Assembly (NCBI GenBank): GCA_023213395.1
Contig: CM041465.1
Span: 250,115,741 to 250,179,740, forward strand
Direction: 5' to 3'
DNA from: Cycas panzhihuaensis
Lineage: Eukaryota; Plantae; Cycadophyta
DNA length: 64,000 nucleotides
In this document: positions 11,584 through 23,711 of the stretch, one piece after another
How the letters are laid out: each line of letters begins with the position of its first letter
Position numbering within the stretch: position 1 is the first letter of the stretch
Notes under the pieces: generated by a model
Database searches by the model: none
Told to the model about the DNA's origin: nothing
What the model saw: the letters and a program-made list of their open reading frames with translations, nothing else
Position numbers and translations under genes: made by a program

Positions 11584-14500
11584 AGATATAATATTGTTGG
11601 AGTTTTGAAATAAATGTTCAAATCAACTTGCAGAGGTGGAGTCCAACATCCTCCTAAATCTTTGATTGTGCACTGTAACATGTAGAAGGAACGATTTTAA
11701 ACCAAAATTTAGATGATAATAGATTAGGCCCCTAGCAATAATGGGTCAAAGTCAGATTTTTGATTGCTAGTTCTTGTAGTAAGACCTAAGGTGGGACCTT
11801 CTGTGGAAAAGGCTCCTACGATGCGCAATCATTTGGAGAGAAGAGTTAGTGCTGATTTCTTGAAGGACTAGATAATAGGACCAATGATTGTGTTTTTCTG
11901 TGATCTTTGTAGATGGACGTGGTAAGTTCTTCCTCCCGTAGGGTGGGCGAACCTCATCCAGATGAAGTTTCTATTCTATCAAAGAAGGCATGGCCTATAT
12001 TTGGGGGTTCTTGCATCAAGCATAAGCGACCTAACCCTTGCATTGTTATCAACCATAGTTATCTTTTTGAAGATTTTTTCGCTCTCTCAGTTGGAGGGAT
12101 AATATGTCGATTCTTCGACCTTTCGCCTTTGCCTAAGAGCTTGATATCCTATATTCGAGCCAATTGGATGCCTCGTACTTCCTAGGAGCTAGACATCCAT
12201 TGTGTGGGTTGGGGTTTTTTTGTGGTCATTCAAAACCTCATAGGATAGGAATGTTGTTTTTGAGAAGGGCTCATGGTTTATGGCTCGAAGCAGTTTGTGC
12301 ATGAAATACTAGGATTCCTCCTTCAACTTGAGACAAGAGATCCCAAACACAATCCTAGTGTGGGTTAAGTTGTCATTCTTTCCCCTTCATTTATGGATCT
12401 AGAAATGTTTCGAGGTTGTCGACTCATCTATTGGGCACTTCGTGAGGACTGCTGAAGTCACAACTCAACATAAAATCACTTCATTTGCTTGCATTTGTAT
12501 TGAGATTGATGTATCTGAAGGTCTTGTTGACCAAATTGAAATAGTTTTGGGTGATTGCTCCTAGAGGTAGGACATAGTCAACGAGCAAGTATCGTACAAA
12601 TGCAACTTGTGCCACCAATATGGGCATTTACTGCATGATTACCCAAAGAAAATTTTAGGACCAAAAGTTCCACCCAATCAACACCCAATACATTCCATGG
12701 ACTAGGCAAAGGATGATGGATTTGTTCCTATTCAAAAGAAATCTCGACATAGACTGGGCAATAGGAACAAGACGAATTTAAGGAGCAACCAATAAATTTC
12801 AAGCTCCATTAGGTTTAAACGATCCAACAACCAATGTCAGCCATAAGTTATAACCAAAAAAGAATTTATATAGCTCAGAAGAGGAAGCAGACAACTAAAG
12901 TGCAAAGAATTAGACCAACTCATCATCTTCTCTTCGCTTAGAGTCACCCTCATCACAATCTCCAAATCGACCACACACTGTAGAATTGGTACCAGAAATG
13001 TAGGACCCAGATTATAGTGATGTTGGAACAGTCAAGGAAGACACACCCAGGGTCAATGTAGTAGGAGGACCAATTAATACATGGATAGGCATTAAGTCAA
13101 TGCCGGTTAATGTGACCAATATAGACTATGGCGAGATAGAGAAGAAGAAACAGGGTAGACCAACCAATAGGGATATCCATACCAAAGAGGCAACACAAGC
13201 GGTGGAAAGTGATAGTCATCCCCAACTGCGAATACTCTAGGACAAGATCATTGTGGACAATCAATTGGTTCAAATCCAAACTCTTGGAGATGGAAATACC
13301 AAGGCCACAAAAATTATTACTCGCTAGGTTAGAAGATGATCATTGTGTCCTAGAATATAAGAGGTTTGGGCTTGTCCTCGGCAAAAGGAACCCTAAAGGA
13401 AAGGATCAGGGAATGGTCTCCTGATGTCCTCCTCTTACCAGAGACCAAAATGACAGAAGAAGAATTAGCATATTGGAATAATTCTTTGGATGGCAACAAC
13501 TACTCCGTTAAGAGTGTTAGTGCTAAGGGGCATTAGGGACGTATTGTTATCATCTAGAATAACAAAGCCCTCCAATTGATAGGTATGATTAAATACGGAC
13601 ATTGGATCAGATGCAAATTTTAGTGGGGTAGGATTTGATAGAGAATTTAATGTTACAAATGTATGTGGGCTGAACATCCCTTGCATGTCCAAATCATGTT
13701 GGAATGAGATTGCTCAAGATGGTTGTGCTGACCACCCCCAAAATTGGATTATGGGAGGTGGCTTTAACCTCATCCTACATCCTAAAGAGAAGTGTGGTGG
13801 ACGTTTCTCTATGAATCCTAATGCTAGATTACTTGCTAATATCATGGTAGAGAACAACTTAGTGGATGTTGAAACAATTAATGACATGTACACATGGTCC
13901 AACAAAAGGTATGACTACTCCTTGATCATGGAAAGGCTTGATCAGTTTCTAGTGTCGAAAACAATTATAGACTACATTAATGTGGAAGCCAACATTCTAC
14001 TGAGGAGTAGATTTGATCATGCTCCCATTCCCTTAAAGTTGCATGTTCCTTCCAAGTGCAAAAATTCTCCATTTAAGTTTAATCTAGTTATGATTGAAAA
14101 TAAGGGCTTTCTCCTCCTTGTCCAGAAGTGGTGGGAAGAGGCTCGAGAGACATGGGTACCAAGACATATATATTCCACTCCAAAATGAAATTTGTCAAGA
14201 ATAAGATTAAAGCATGGCAGTGAAGTGTTATGAACCAAGCCAAACAAGAACTTTAGAATTTGAAACTAAAAACCCTAAATGACAAGCTAAACATGGGAGA
14301 AGATGGTTCCTTAGACAATAGGAAGTGGCTTTGAGCATGAAGTTGGAATCCATGGAAAAGGAGAATGATGCTCTTATTAAACTAAGGTCTCACATGCTCT
14401 AGGCAAAATTAAGAGACATGAACTCGCGCTTTTTCGACAAGGAGCTTAAAACCCAATAACTTGAGAACAAAATTGTGGAGTTTAAGGACATTGAGGGGAT

Positions 14501-17500
14501 CGACTGTTTGCATAGATGAAGAAATTCAAGACTTAGTAGGAAAATATTTTGCAAAGCTGCTAAACGAAGAACAAGTTGACAAGCTGCCTGATCAGGATAA
14601 GATATTAGATGACATCCCCAAGCTAGTAACTACAGAAATGAGTGAAAATTTAACGAGTTAATCTCTATGAATGAGTTACATCATGTAGTATTTAGCCTTA
14701 AACTAGACAAATCCCCAGGTCTGGATGATTTTCAAGCAAATTCTTACCAAGCCTTTTGGGATATCATTAAGGTGGACCTTCTTTAGTCTAGAAGATCAGG
14801 AAAAATGTTTAAAGCCTTGAACTCTATCCTTATGGCTTTGACTCCTAATGAGAATCATGCACCCAGTTTGGACAGGTTAAGACCAATATCTCTCTGTAAT
14901 TATTCTTATAAGATCATCTCCAAAATCATGGCCACCTGGCTTTAGGAAATTCTACCAAGAATTATATCAAGTGAACAAGGTGGGGCTGTTAAGGGTAGGC
15001 AGATTCTTGACCAAGTCATTGTTGCTCAGAAGTTATCCACTTAGGATAGACTTCAAGGAGAAGGTTAATGATGATCAAGCTTGACTTTACCAACACATTT
15101 GATAGCTGCAATGTGAATTTCTAGCCCAAATCTTAACTAAACTTGGATTCAATGAAGAATCGATTCATTGGGTCGAGGCATGTCTGATCACACCATCCTA
15201 TGCAATTTTGGTAAATGGCTCTCCCACTGAGTTCTTTAAGACGTCTAGAGGCATCAAGCAAGGATGTCCCCTCTCTCTTTCCCTATATGTGCTAATTGTA
15301 GAAACCCTAAGTAGGTTGCTTTCTATTGCTCGCGATCATAAAGTAATAAGTAGGGCAATTGTAACCTCCTCTTTGGAAAACGTCACTCACACTCAACTCA
15401 TTGATGACACATTGATTTTTGCCTTTGCTTCAATTGGTGAAGTTAGGAAGGTTAAGACAATCATAGATAGGTTTTGTTTCGCATTTAGAGCCCAGATTAA
15501 TTCTAGCAAGTCTAAAATGGTAACACTCAATTGCCTCACAACTTTTTCATGCAGATTGAACTAGGTCTTTGGCTTTTAGATTCGTGGCAAGGACAACTAT
15601 TTTAGATATCTTGGCATCCCAATGAACCTTAAAAGATAGGGTTTAAACCATTGGCAAGCCATATTGAGTAGAATCAAATGAAGAATCCATCATGGTCGCT
15701 CAGATGGTTATCCTTTGTTGGTAGGGTCGTTTTGATGAACGCAGTCCTTGCATCTATACTAATCTACCTATTGTCAATTTGCCTCATCCTTGCAGGGGTT
15801 TTGGGCCACTTGGAAAAAAATTGCTGAACCTTTCTATGAAGAGGTGCTTAGGATCTCGATTTCAGGAAATTCCATTTGATCAAATGGGAGTAGATTTGCA
15901 AGTCCAAGGAGAGTGGCAAGTTAGGCTTGGGGCCTTTATCATGCATCCCTCAACTCTTCTAATGCTAAGATTATCTGGCGCATGATCACTAATTCAAATT
16001 TGTGGTTTGCCAAGATTGTTGCAACCAAGTACTTAGGAGGGTAGTTCTAAGCCATGGCAAACCTGCACTCCAAAATCAACAGATTTGGCTCATCGATCTA
16101 GAAATTGATATGTGGTAATATTGAGTCATTTAATTAAGGGATATCTTGACAAGCGGTTAATGGTCAGAAGGCCAATGTTTGAAGCGATCCTATCTAAGGT
16201 ATGAAGCCACTATCTAATTGTGAGGCAGTCCACAATCTGCATATGTGGTTCTCGAGTATAGGCATCAACAAGGTGTGTAGTTTTTTCAAAATTGACCCTA
16301 TGATCAAGCTGTCTAGAACACCCAAGGGAGTGGAAGATTGGCATTGTCTTCCAGCAAACCTCCATGAAGAATATAAGCTCTTCCAACAATAGCTCGTTAG
16401 TCGTAAAATTAGGATTTATAGAGGGGCAAACAAGCTTATGTGGGGTTCCTTTTCTGGACTTGGAATGTATACAATAAAGCTACATACCAAAGCTTGCATA
16501 TTGATTCCAACGATCAGAAATTTGAGTCATCGGTTGAATGGAAGTGGCTTTGGGGGAACCCGTCAATCCATAAATTGGATCATTTTTTTGGTTAGTCTTG
16601 CATAAGTCTATACTCATTGTTGAAACATGTAGAAATGAGGAATTTCTTCAATTTGTGTTTTGTGCAAGCAAAACTATGAGAGTACTCACCATATTTTCAT
16701 ACAATGTCCCTTTTCTATTGATGTTTTGCATCAGATTTGGAGGATCTTGTAGACGAAACCCCTTCCAGATATAGTTGACCTTGGCCTTGTTCATATCGTA
16801 TTGAGTTGGGTAGAAAAGTACCCATTGTAACTCTGGGAAAACCTTGGCTAAGGATGATATTGATACTTTTGCCTCACTTCATTTATTGGTACATTTGGTT
16901 AACTTGGAATGAATGCGCATTCTAGGGTAAATCCTCTTCAGGAACAAATTGATGGATGCACATAAAAGCACTTTTTAAGTTGCTTCTTCAAGCTCGAGAG
17001 TTAGTAATTTATTCTTCTGGATCTCTAACCATTGGAGAAGCAAATCTAGTAAGAGAGCTTGGTGTTATAGTGAAAATTGAGTCAAATAGTAAGGACCAAT
17101 TCGGTAATTAGCCTGAATTCATGTGTGGTTATTATCAATTGTACTTTGATGGTGCTTCTGAAAAGAATACAGGTATTTCAAGAGAAGGGGGTTCATTGTG
17201 GGATCATCAAGGAAATAATATTTAGGAATATGTGGAAGGATTAGGGTCAGGGTTGAATAGTGAGGTTGAATTTATGGGCCTCATTAGGGGCCTATTCAAG
17301 GCTACTAAACTCCAAATCAAATAGTTATAGGTATTTGGGGACTCATCATTGGTAATCAATGTTGTCAAGAATAATAAAATCCCAAAGAGTGTCAATCTTA
17401 GGTCTCTTTTTCAAGAATCTATGGAGTTTTCTCATTGCTTTTCAAGCATCACATTTCATTACATTGCCCATAGATTCAACCAAAGAGCAAATGAGCTTGC

Positions 17501-17993
17501 AAACTTGGGAACTACACTTCTCATCCAAGGTAGAACCTTATTGTTCAGATAAAGTATAATCCTCGATGATCATGATGACTCATGAAGTTGTTGGCAGCCT
17601 TAACGTAGGGCACAATTATAATCTCCAAATGATGGGCCCAAGGATAGTAGAATTCTATCATGCATATTCTTTCATAATAGCAAAGTTCCATGGAGCTGAT
17701 GTAGGCCTCTTTTCGATCCCATTGCAAATATCCATCATACTTGTCCAATCTCCAGAGTTGACGTTTTTTGCATGTTAGTTGCTTTCAGAAGTATTATGTG
17801 CTTTCTTTCTCCCTAAAGTACTCATAGGCCTTGAGGATTGGTTTTGTTGTTGCGTCTGAGATAGGCAAGCCCAGGTGCAAGTCTTAGGTGATTTTGGCAG
17901 AATAGGTACCTCTTTCCCATGGCATCTCATGTCAAAGGGCTAACCCCACTTTACGAGGATTTTACTTGTCCAAAGAAAAAAACAAAAAAAAAA
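11584..17993 (+). mobile_element. Full-length degenerate L1-clade LINE with RNase H, inserted in G1 gag
   Basis: ORF1 ~11913-13330 (DUF4283-like VWVKL and CNLCHQYGH knuckle). ORF2 from ~13336 (MIIVS*NIRGLG endonuclease, RT GIKQGCPLS..LIDDTLIF, zf-RVT, RNase H LYFDGAS..VFGDSSLVI). Poly(A) 17972-17996. 16-bp TSD with 2 mismatches (11568-11583, 17994-18009). Confidence 0.93.
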
Positions 17994-19115
17994 AAACTTT
18001 TTAGATTTTGAAATTCTTTTGTGTAAGTTTGGTCAATGCTTGTCTTTTGTAGATGCATGAACTAAGTGAAGTAATCTCTGCTCCAAGTGTTCTCATATTG
18101 TTCTATCAATGAGGATTTTGAAAAATCTTAGTTGTAGTGTTTTGTTCCCTATCAATCCTTGCTCCACCAATGGAACCATTTGATTGCTTTCCCATACAAA
18201 TGAAGAGATGCTACCAGTATTTGGTCCATGTCTAATATGGGGTGCATTTGGAAATGGAAATCCATTTGAATGATCCAACTTTGCATATCCCTTGGCTTAT
18301 TAAGGTCAATTTTTTTTGAAAGGAGTTTGGAGTCCTTCAAACCATAGTCGGACCTAGGTCTACCATTTCTATCTTCTCTTTCCTTGCCGTGGTAAGAATT
18401 ATCCGTATTGTTGGAAGGCCCTTTGTCGTCAATGTTGTTGTCAAGCTTGGGCCTTTTTAATAAGCTTTGTACAGATTTACTCACATCCTCCAATTGTTTC
18501 CCAAACTTGTTGAGATGTTTTCCCATTTCTTCCTTTTCATTTAGTTGATTTCCTACACCATTCCTTATTTTGTTATGCTTTTTAACCATTTCAATGTTTA
18601 AAGTATCCACTCCTCTGACAATGTCTCCTACCATGACTGAAGAGTGGTTTACCATTTTGCTTGGCGCAAGTGTTCTACCAGATCTTAATTCCATTCTAGG
18701 AAAAACGTTTGGCCCTTTTAGACACTATGGTCCCTCTGGAATTTGCTTATGGACTGTTATTTGCAGTGTACTGCTCATTGAAAAGTGTGTGCAATCTGCT
18801 AAGGTCTGCTAAAATCTGCTTGTTGCATGCTAGAAATGATTTTTTTTATCTGTTGAAATATGATTTTGACCAACGACTTCTGATTTTTGTTTAACATAAA
18901 TTTGTATACTGATGAAAAAAATCATAATTTGTTATCGTAGAAATATGATTGTTGATAGATAATTTTGACTTTTGAATGCAAAAATTTGTCTTTGACAGGA
19001 ATTTCAAAGTTGTGAGTATAAAAATTCTGATTTTTATTGTTGAATTGAAGTGATTGACTGCTGAAAATTGATCATCAGAATTGAAATGACCCCGATCACG
19101 AGTCTCTGAGACCAC

Positions 19116-19600
19116 TTATGGGAATCCCAACAGGGATTCACACCAAATTAACCAAAAAACGCATAGATCTATGCTATTTTGCAAAACAAGTCTAGATATA
19201 CCATGCAATATTATAACAAAATTTGAGTGAAATATAATACAACTCAAGAGTTTGCTGAAGACACTAATCATAGAAATAATAATGACAGTTCAATATTATT
19301 CACCAAAATGTCCAAAACATACAATCACAGTGTCCCCTCTTCGAGTTGAGGTTTCCTCCCAAAACAGATCCCACTAGGGCCAAAAATAGCAGACTGGATT
19401 ATCTTCCCTTTGATGATTTTCAATTAGGGGTAGGATGCCCTATATATAAGTGAAATGAAAGTTTAAAGTTAGAAGTTGGTTTCAGTAAATGAAGTCAGCC
19501 AAAATTAAGAGAGAGAAGAAGTCCAGATTTAGGAGAGAAAAAAAAATGAAACGTAGAATGTTAAGAGCAGAGGTCGACTTAGCAATTAGAGGAAATGCTA
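19116..19600 (-). repeat. 5' LTR of G1
   Basis: Direct repeat of 2859-3348, adjacent to the degenerate PBS tctctgagacca. Confidence 0.85.
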
Positions 19601-19602
19601 TG

Positions 19603-19796
19603 CGTTGGTTGGGTAAACGTCCTAGGGTAAGAGGAGTAGTTATAAACACTGTAGACCATCCCCATGGGGGTGGTGAAGGAAGAACTCCAATTGGTAGAAA
19701 TAAATCCATGATCACTTGGGGTTATGTTGTGCTTGGAAGGAGGAGTCAAAGTATAATAGATATAGTGATGCTTCAATTCTTTGTTGATGTAAGTGA
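19603..19796 (+). pseudogene. rpl2: Plastid rpl2 3' end (NUPT)
   Basis: [32 protein letters not shown]...WGY..LGRRS, then a frameshift and RYSDASIL. Confidence 0.95.
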
Positions 19797-19847
19797 GAGC
19801 AGTTGGGGATGTATTTTATTTTTAACAAACAAAAAGGGTAATTGACC

Positions 19848-20123
19848 ATGGCATGTTCCTTGACAAAGAATCCTTTTCTAGCTAATCATTCATTAAGGAA
19901 GATAAATAATCTAAACATTAAAAAAGAGACTAAGATAATAGTAACGTGGTCTTAGGCATCTATCGTTGTACCCATAATGATTGGTCATACAATTGTTGCT
20001 CATAATGGAAAGGAACATTTACCTATTTAAATAATGGATTTTATGGTAGGTCACAAATTGGAGGAATTTTCACCTCTAATTCCCCATAGACATGCGAGAA
20101 GCGAGAATAGATCCTATCATTAA
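19848..20123 (+). pseudogene. rps19: Plastid rps19 pseudogene (NUPT)
   Basis: [67 protein letters not shown]; internal stops and a frameshift; follows rpl2 as in plastomes. Confidence 0.95.
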
Positions 20124-20559
20124 TTAGGAGGTGCTCATCATTAATGGGAGGTGAAGCTCAATGGAAAAGACCATTAGATTTTGCCATTCAAGTTGATTCT
20201 ATTCATCCAATTTCATACTCAACGGATTCAATCAATCACATTTATGGATCCTGAAATGGGATTCATCATCTTTGTGAGATCAAATCTCAAATTGTTGTAG
20301 AATGGACTGAAAATGATAAGATCATGGAAGTTAATATTCCTGAATTTATCACTATTGTACTGTTCATTTCAATTCCTACTACTTTTTTACTTATGACACA
20401 CTTTACTTTTTGAGAGAACCCAAGCATTCTCTTTCGAATTTCTCAAGTGACTTTAATATATCTCTCTTCCATTTGGGAAAGACAGAAAAAGATGTGAAAA
20501 GATCCTCAAATTTTTATTGAAAGGCTCAAAATATTCTTCTGATGTTTCAATTTTAGGTT

Positions 20560-20730
20560 CAACATAGTTTATAGGTGTAGGAAATAGTTTCATCAAATAT
20601 AGCTTTTTTCTTTCAATCATACTTTCCTGATTCTTGTGATAAATAAGGACTGGTAATGTGAATAGTATTACAGCTTTGATAGTCAAAGATTGATTGCTTC
20701 TCAAACCATGTAGATCGTGTAAAAGCAGCA
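20560..20730 (-). pseudogene. Possible plastid ycf1 fragment (NUPT), deleted and frameshifted
   Basis: WFEKQSIFDY and MIERKKLY blocks resemble ycf1 WFEKP....FDY and MIERK.SLY. Confidence 0.35.
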
Positions 20731-20833
20731 TACTAAAAATTTGAGAATCAATAAGCTTAATAAGATGTTTTCCATGGAAAACTATTTTTGTGACATCTTA
20801 TTTGTTCATGCATGCTCCGCTCGGCCTTAGGAG

Positions 20834-21061
20834 GGGGATATAGCTCAGTTGGTAGAGCTTTGATCTTGTAATTGGGTTGTTGCAATTACGGGTTGGATGC
20901 CTGATTGTATAGGCAGTAATGGTAGTATCTCTTACCTACACCAATAGCTCATTTTTTCAGAGTAAATGGGAAGAAGACCAGAACATGCCACTGAAGAACC
21001 CTACTAAGGTAAGGATGGGCCGTCAAGAACATAGAGAAGGCAGGATGGGTAGTAAAGATCT
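20834..21061 (+). pseudogene. trnA-UGC: Plastid trnA-UGC exon 1 (20834-20871) plus the 5' part of its group II intron (NUPT); non-functional
   Basis: ggggatatagctcagttggtagagct followed by ttgggttgttgcaattacgggttggatg...aacatgccactgaa...gtcaagaac, matching the plastid trnA intron; no exon 2. Confidence 0.92.
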
Positions 21062-22145
21062 TGTGAATGTGTTTCCGAAGAATCTTTGACCATTCTCTCT
21101 AGTAGGAATAGTTCCTCTATTCCTCCGAATCTTTCTAGAGTGTTTTCTTCTTGGAGATGACCAGAAGATTCCTGTGACCGACCAGTATTCCACTAATTCA
21201 TAACCCAAGGTTTCAAATCTTTCTAGAATGAAATAGAGATTCCCTGGAGCAGGTATACTAGACATGCAGGGTATCGTAGGGAATAGGTAAGAATGGTTGC
21301 TTTTTGTCCTTTTTCTTTTCTTTTCAAATAATATTTCGAAGAGTTCTTGAACAATAAAAATGATATAAAATGAAGAAAAGGAAATCATGTGGAACTTCCT
21401 TGGTGCTCAAGTCGACAAGGGGAATGGTTTCTGAGTTGCCTTATGATCTTCAGGGTGCACAAAAAAATCTAAGTTGGAGATTTTAGATGCCTACTGGTGA
21501 TTCCACAGATAGGTCCCACACAGGAAGATGCAAAGTCTGCAGCTGCTGAAGATAGCTGGAAGCTTGAGCACGAGTTCTATTCTTGGTTGGATACACATTC
21601 TATTTTCTTTTTGGTTACACTATCAGATACAGCCATATGATAGAAAATTATTTGATGGTTCAAAGAATTCAAATCATTTAATTAAATGCATCCATTGATA
21701 CAAATATTTTGCCAATTGAAGCAAAACTAGTGTGTGAGTTAGCAAATTGATGCCATCATTACTGGAACCTATGAAGAAATTGGCTAACCACAGTTCTTCC
21801 CTTGTGTCCTACTATGAGTTCGATCTTGGACCAGTTGTGGGTCAGTAATAATTGAACATGTGAACAATTCTTCTATGGCCAAAAATTAGCAGTACTTTAT
21901 ATTAAACCTGCCCTAGCTATTTACAATCTTGATATTGCTTTCCTGACACAAATTTCTAGAATCCATTTGGATGGTCCTATAATCTGTTGACTTGGTAAAA
22001 TAGTAGGGAAGATCCCCCCACAAAGTTTAACATTGCAATGGAGGGAAGATGGTGATGGATAGGAAACAAAAACAATAGTTGGAAAAGACAAAATGGTACA
22101 GAATAATTGACTTTGTGCATGTTCTTTATTTTTCACTGTCTGCAG

Positions 22146-22208
22146 GAAAAGGGTTCAGCATTAGCATCTTTTGCTGCTAAAACTTTGGACAGCTCTCTTA
22201 CTTGGAAG
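22146..22208 (+). CDS. HAOX: Peroxisomal (S)-2-hydroxy-acid oxidase (glycolate oxidase family, HAOX-type), internal exon
   Basis: AG/GT bounded; EKGSALASFAAKTLDSSLTWK. Confidence 0.88.
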
Positions 22209-23308
22209 GTATAGTTCCATTTTTTGCAAGCTATAATCCCCTGCATCTCCATCCCTCTTTTCTTGAAATCTGGTATGCTTGCTAGACTGCTTCTTTCCTT
22301 CATTTCCTGTATTGCAAGTACAAATATAAAACTGTTCACAGTCCTAGCTGATTGAGATCAGAATCTTACTAGACTTGGATGCCAGTTGGGCCTGCCATGT
22401 GTTTTTGGAGTAGATCTGCTGAAGGTTCTGCAGAGATAGAGAGTGTTTTTTTTAATTCAGATATGCTCCTCAGATAGAGCCATTATTATGCCAGTGATCT
22501 GTTTCTTTTGCTAGTTTAAAGAAATTGCATTGCATTTATGGCAGGCATATGTATGCTCTATTCACCACTAGTCAATCTGTATTATAGGGTGTATTTTGGC
22601 TTTGCCCAATGTGTTTCTTTGTTGGCTTTCACTGGGATGATAAATAATCTGCACTTTCGAAGCCAGTCTGTTGATTGCTACTACATAAATCGATTTACTG
22701 CACTGCTATTTTTGTTAGCGTCATTCATGTGAGGTTATGTTCATCTTTATTCCCAAGCAGTTGGTGAAATGTCCTTCCTTCCTACTCATCTTTAGTCGCT
22801 TCTATCTTTTTTGCAAGTGTATGCATGTTTCAAAACTCAAACTGCTGTGCATTGGTTGACAAATGAAAACCTAGGGAGCCAGCGTTTATTTCCCATTTGT
22901 GCATTTCTTTTCTTGCATCTATCAGATCTTTTGTCATCAGTCCCTGGATGTAATCATTAACCCAAGGAATGGGTTGATGGCAATATCTTGTGAATGAATC
23001 AAATTGCATCTTTCTTTGAAATCAATCCTTACATTTCGATAGAACACCTAACGATTTAGACTTGGTCGACTACATTCAAAAACTGAGAGGGAACGCGGCT
23101 ACAGTCTATTAGTCCTTATGTCACTTTTAGCTGCCTCATCTGGAACTCAGTTAAATCTAGATGTGTGACTGTTATGTTTTGTGAAATTTGTTGGAAATTG
23201 CCAATTAATTGCAAATCTTTCTACCTCTGTGAAAACTGATTTTGCACGGTTTGAACATAAGCATTTGCAATATCATCACTTTTCTGAATCATTCCAAGGT
23301 GTGTACAG

Positions 23309-23378
23309 GATATCAAATGGTTGCAATCAATTACAAATTTACCTATTTTGATCAAGGGAATACTTACTGCTGAAGATG
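23309..23378 (+). CDS. HAOX: HAOX/GOX exon
   Basis: AG/GT bounded; [23 protein letters not shown]. Confidence 0.93.
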
Positions 23379-23610
23379 GTTAGTATTTTCTGTTCAAGTT
23401 CCTATTCATTCTCAGTTTTTTTATTTTGAATTTGAAGCTTAGGGTGCATTTCCACAAACTGTTATGTTAGTCATTTGGTACACAGCTACTGAAATTAATT
23501 GAAACATAAGAGTTTGTGAGAAGCTGTCCCTGGTCATATGAGCATGTTGAATTTGAAAAGCTGGAAATTATGAAGGCATACTAATTTTCTATTATATTCA
23601 TGTTTAACAG

Positions 23611-23711
23611 CTGAATTGGCCATACAAGCTGGAGCAGCTGGGATAGTTGTCTCTAATCATGGAGCACGTCAGCTTGATTATGTTCCATCAACTATTGATG
23701 CTCTTGAAGAG
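23611..23711 (+). CDS. HAOX: HAOX/GOX exon with the active-site SNHGARQLD motif
   Basis: AG/GT bounded; [34 protein letters not shown]. Confidence 0.96.

Larger units (their letters stand above)
2859..19600 (-). mobile_element. Ty3/Gypsy chromovirus-type LTR retrotransposon (G1), degenerate, with two nested insertions
   Basis: Paired LTRs 2859-3348 and 19116-19600 (about 85% identical by eye). Degenerate tRNA-Met PBS ~19102-19113 and PPT ~3349-3360. gag 18694-18010 and 11567-11300, protease ~10800-11040, RT (MCIDHCTLNKITVKNRY..FFDDILIYS) ~9800-10300, RNase H (LECDASEVG), integrase (GFPKVIVSD), chromodomain ~3400-3500. Confidence 0.92.

Noticed and set aside
19489-19845. 118-aa ORF resembling a ribosomal protein L2 with a novel basic N-terminus
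   Set aside because: Chance fusion of the Gypsy LTR end (to 19600) with the NUPT rpl2 fragment, which is frameshifted at its 3' end
20834-20871. Functional tRNA-Ala
   Set aside because: Only exon 1 with a mutated anticodon arm and a truncated intron; a NUPT pseudogene
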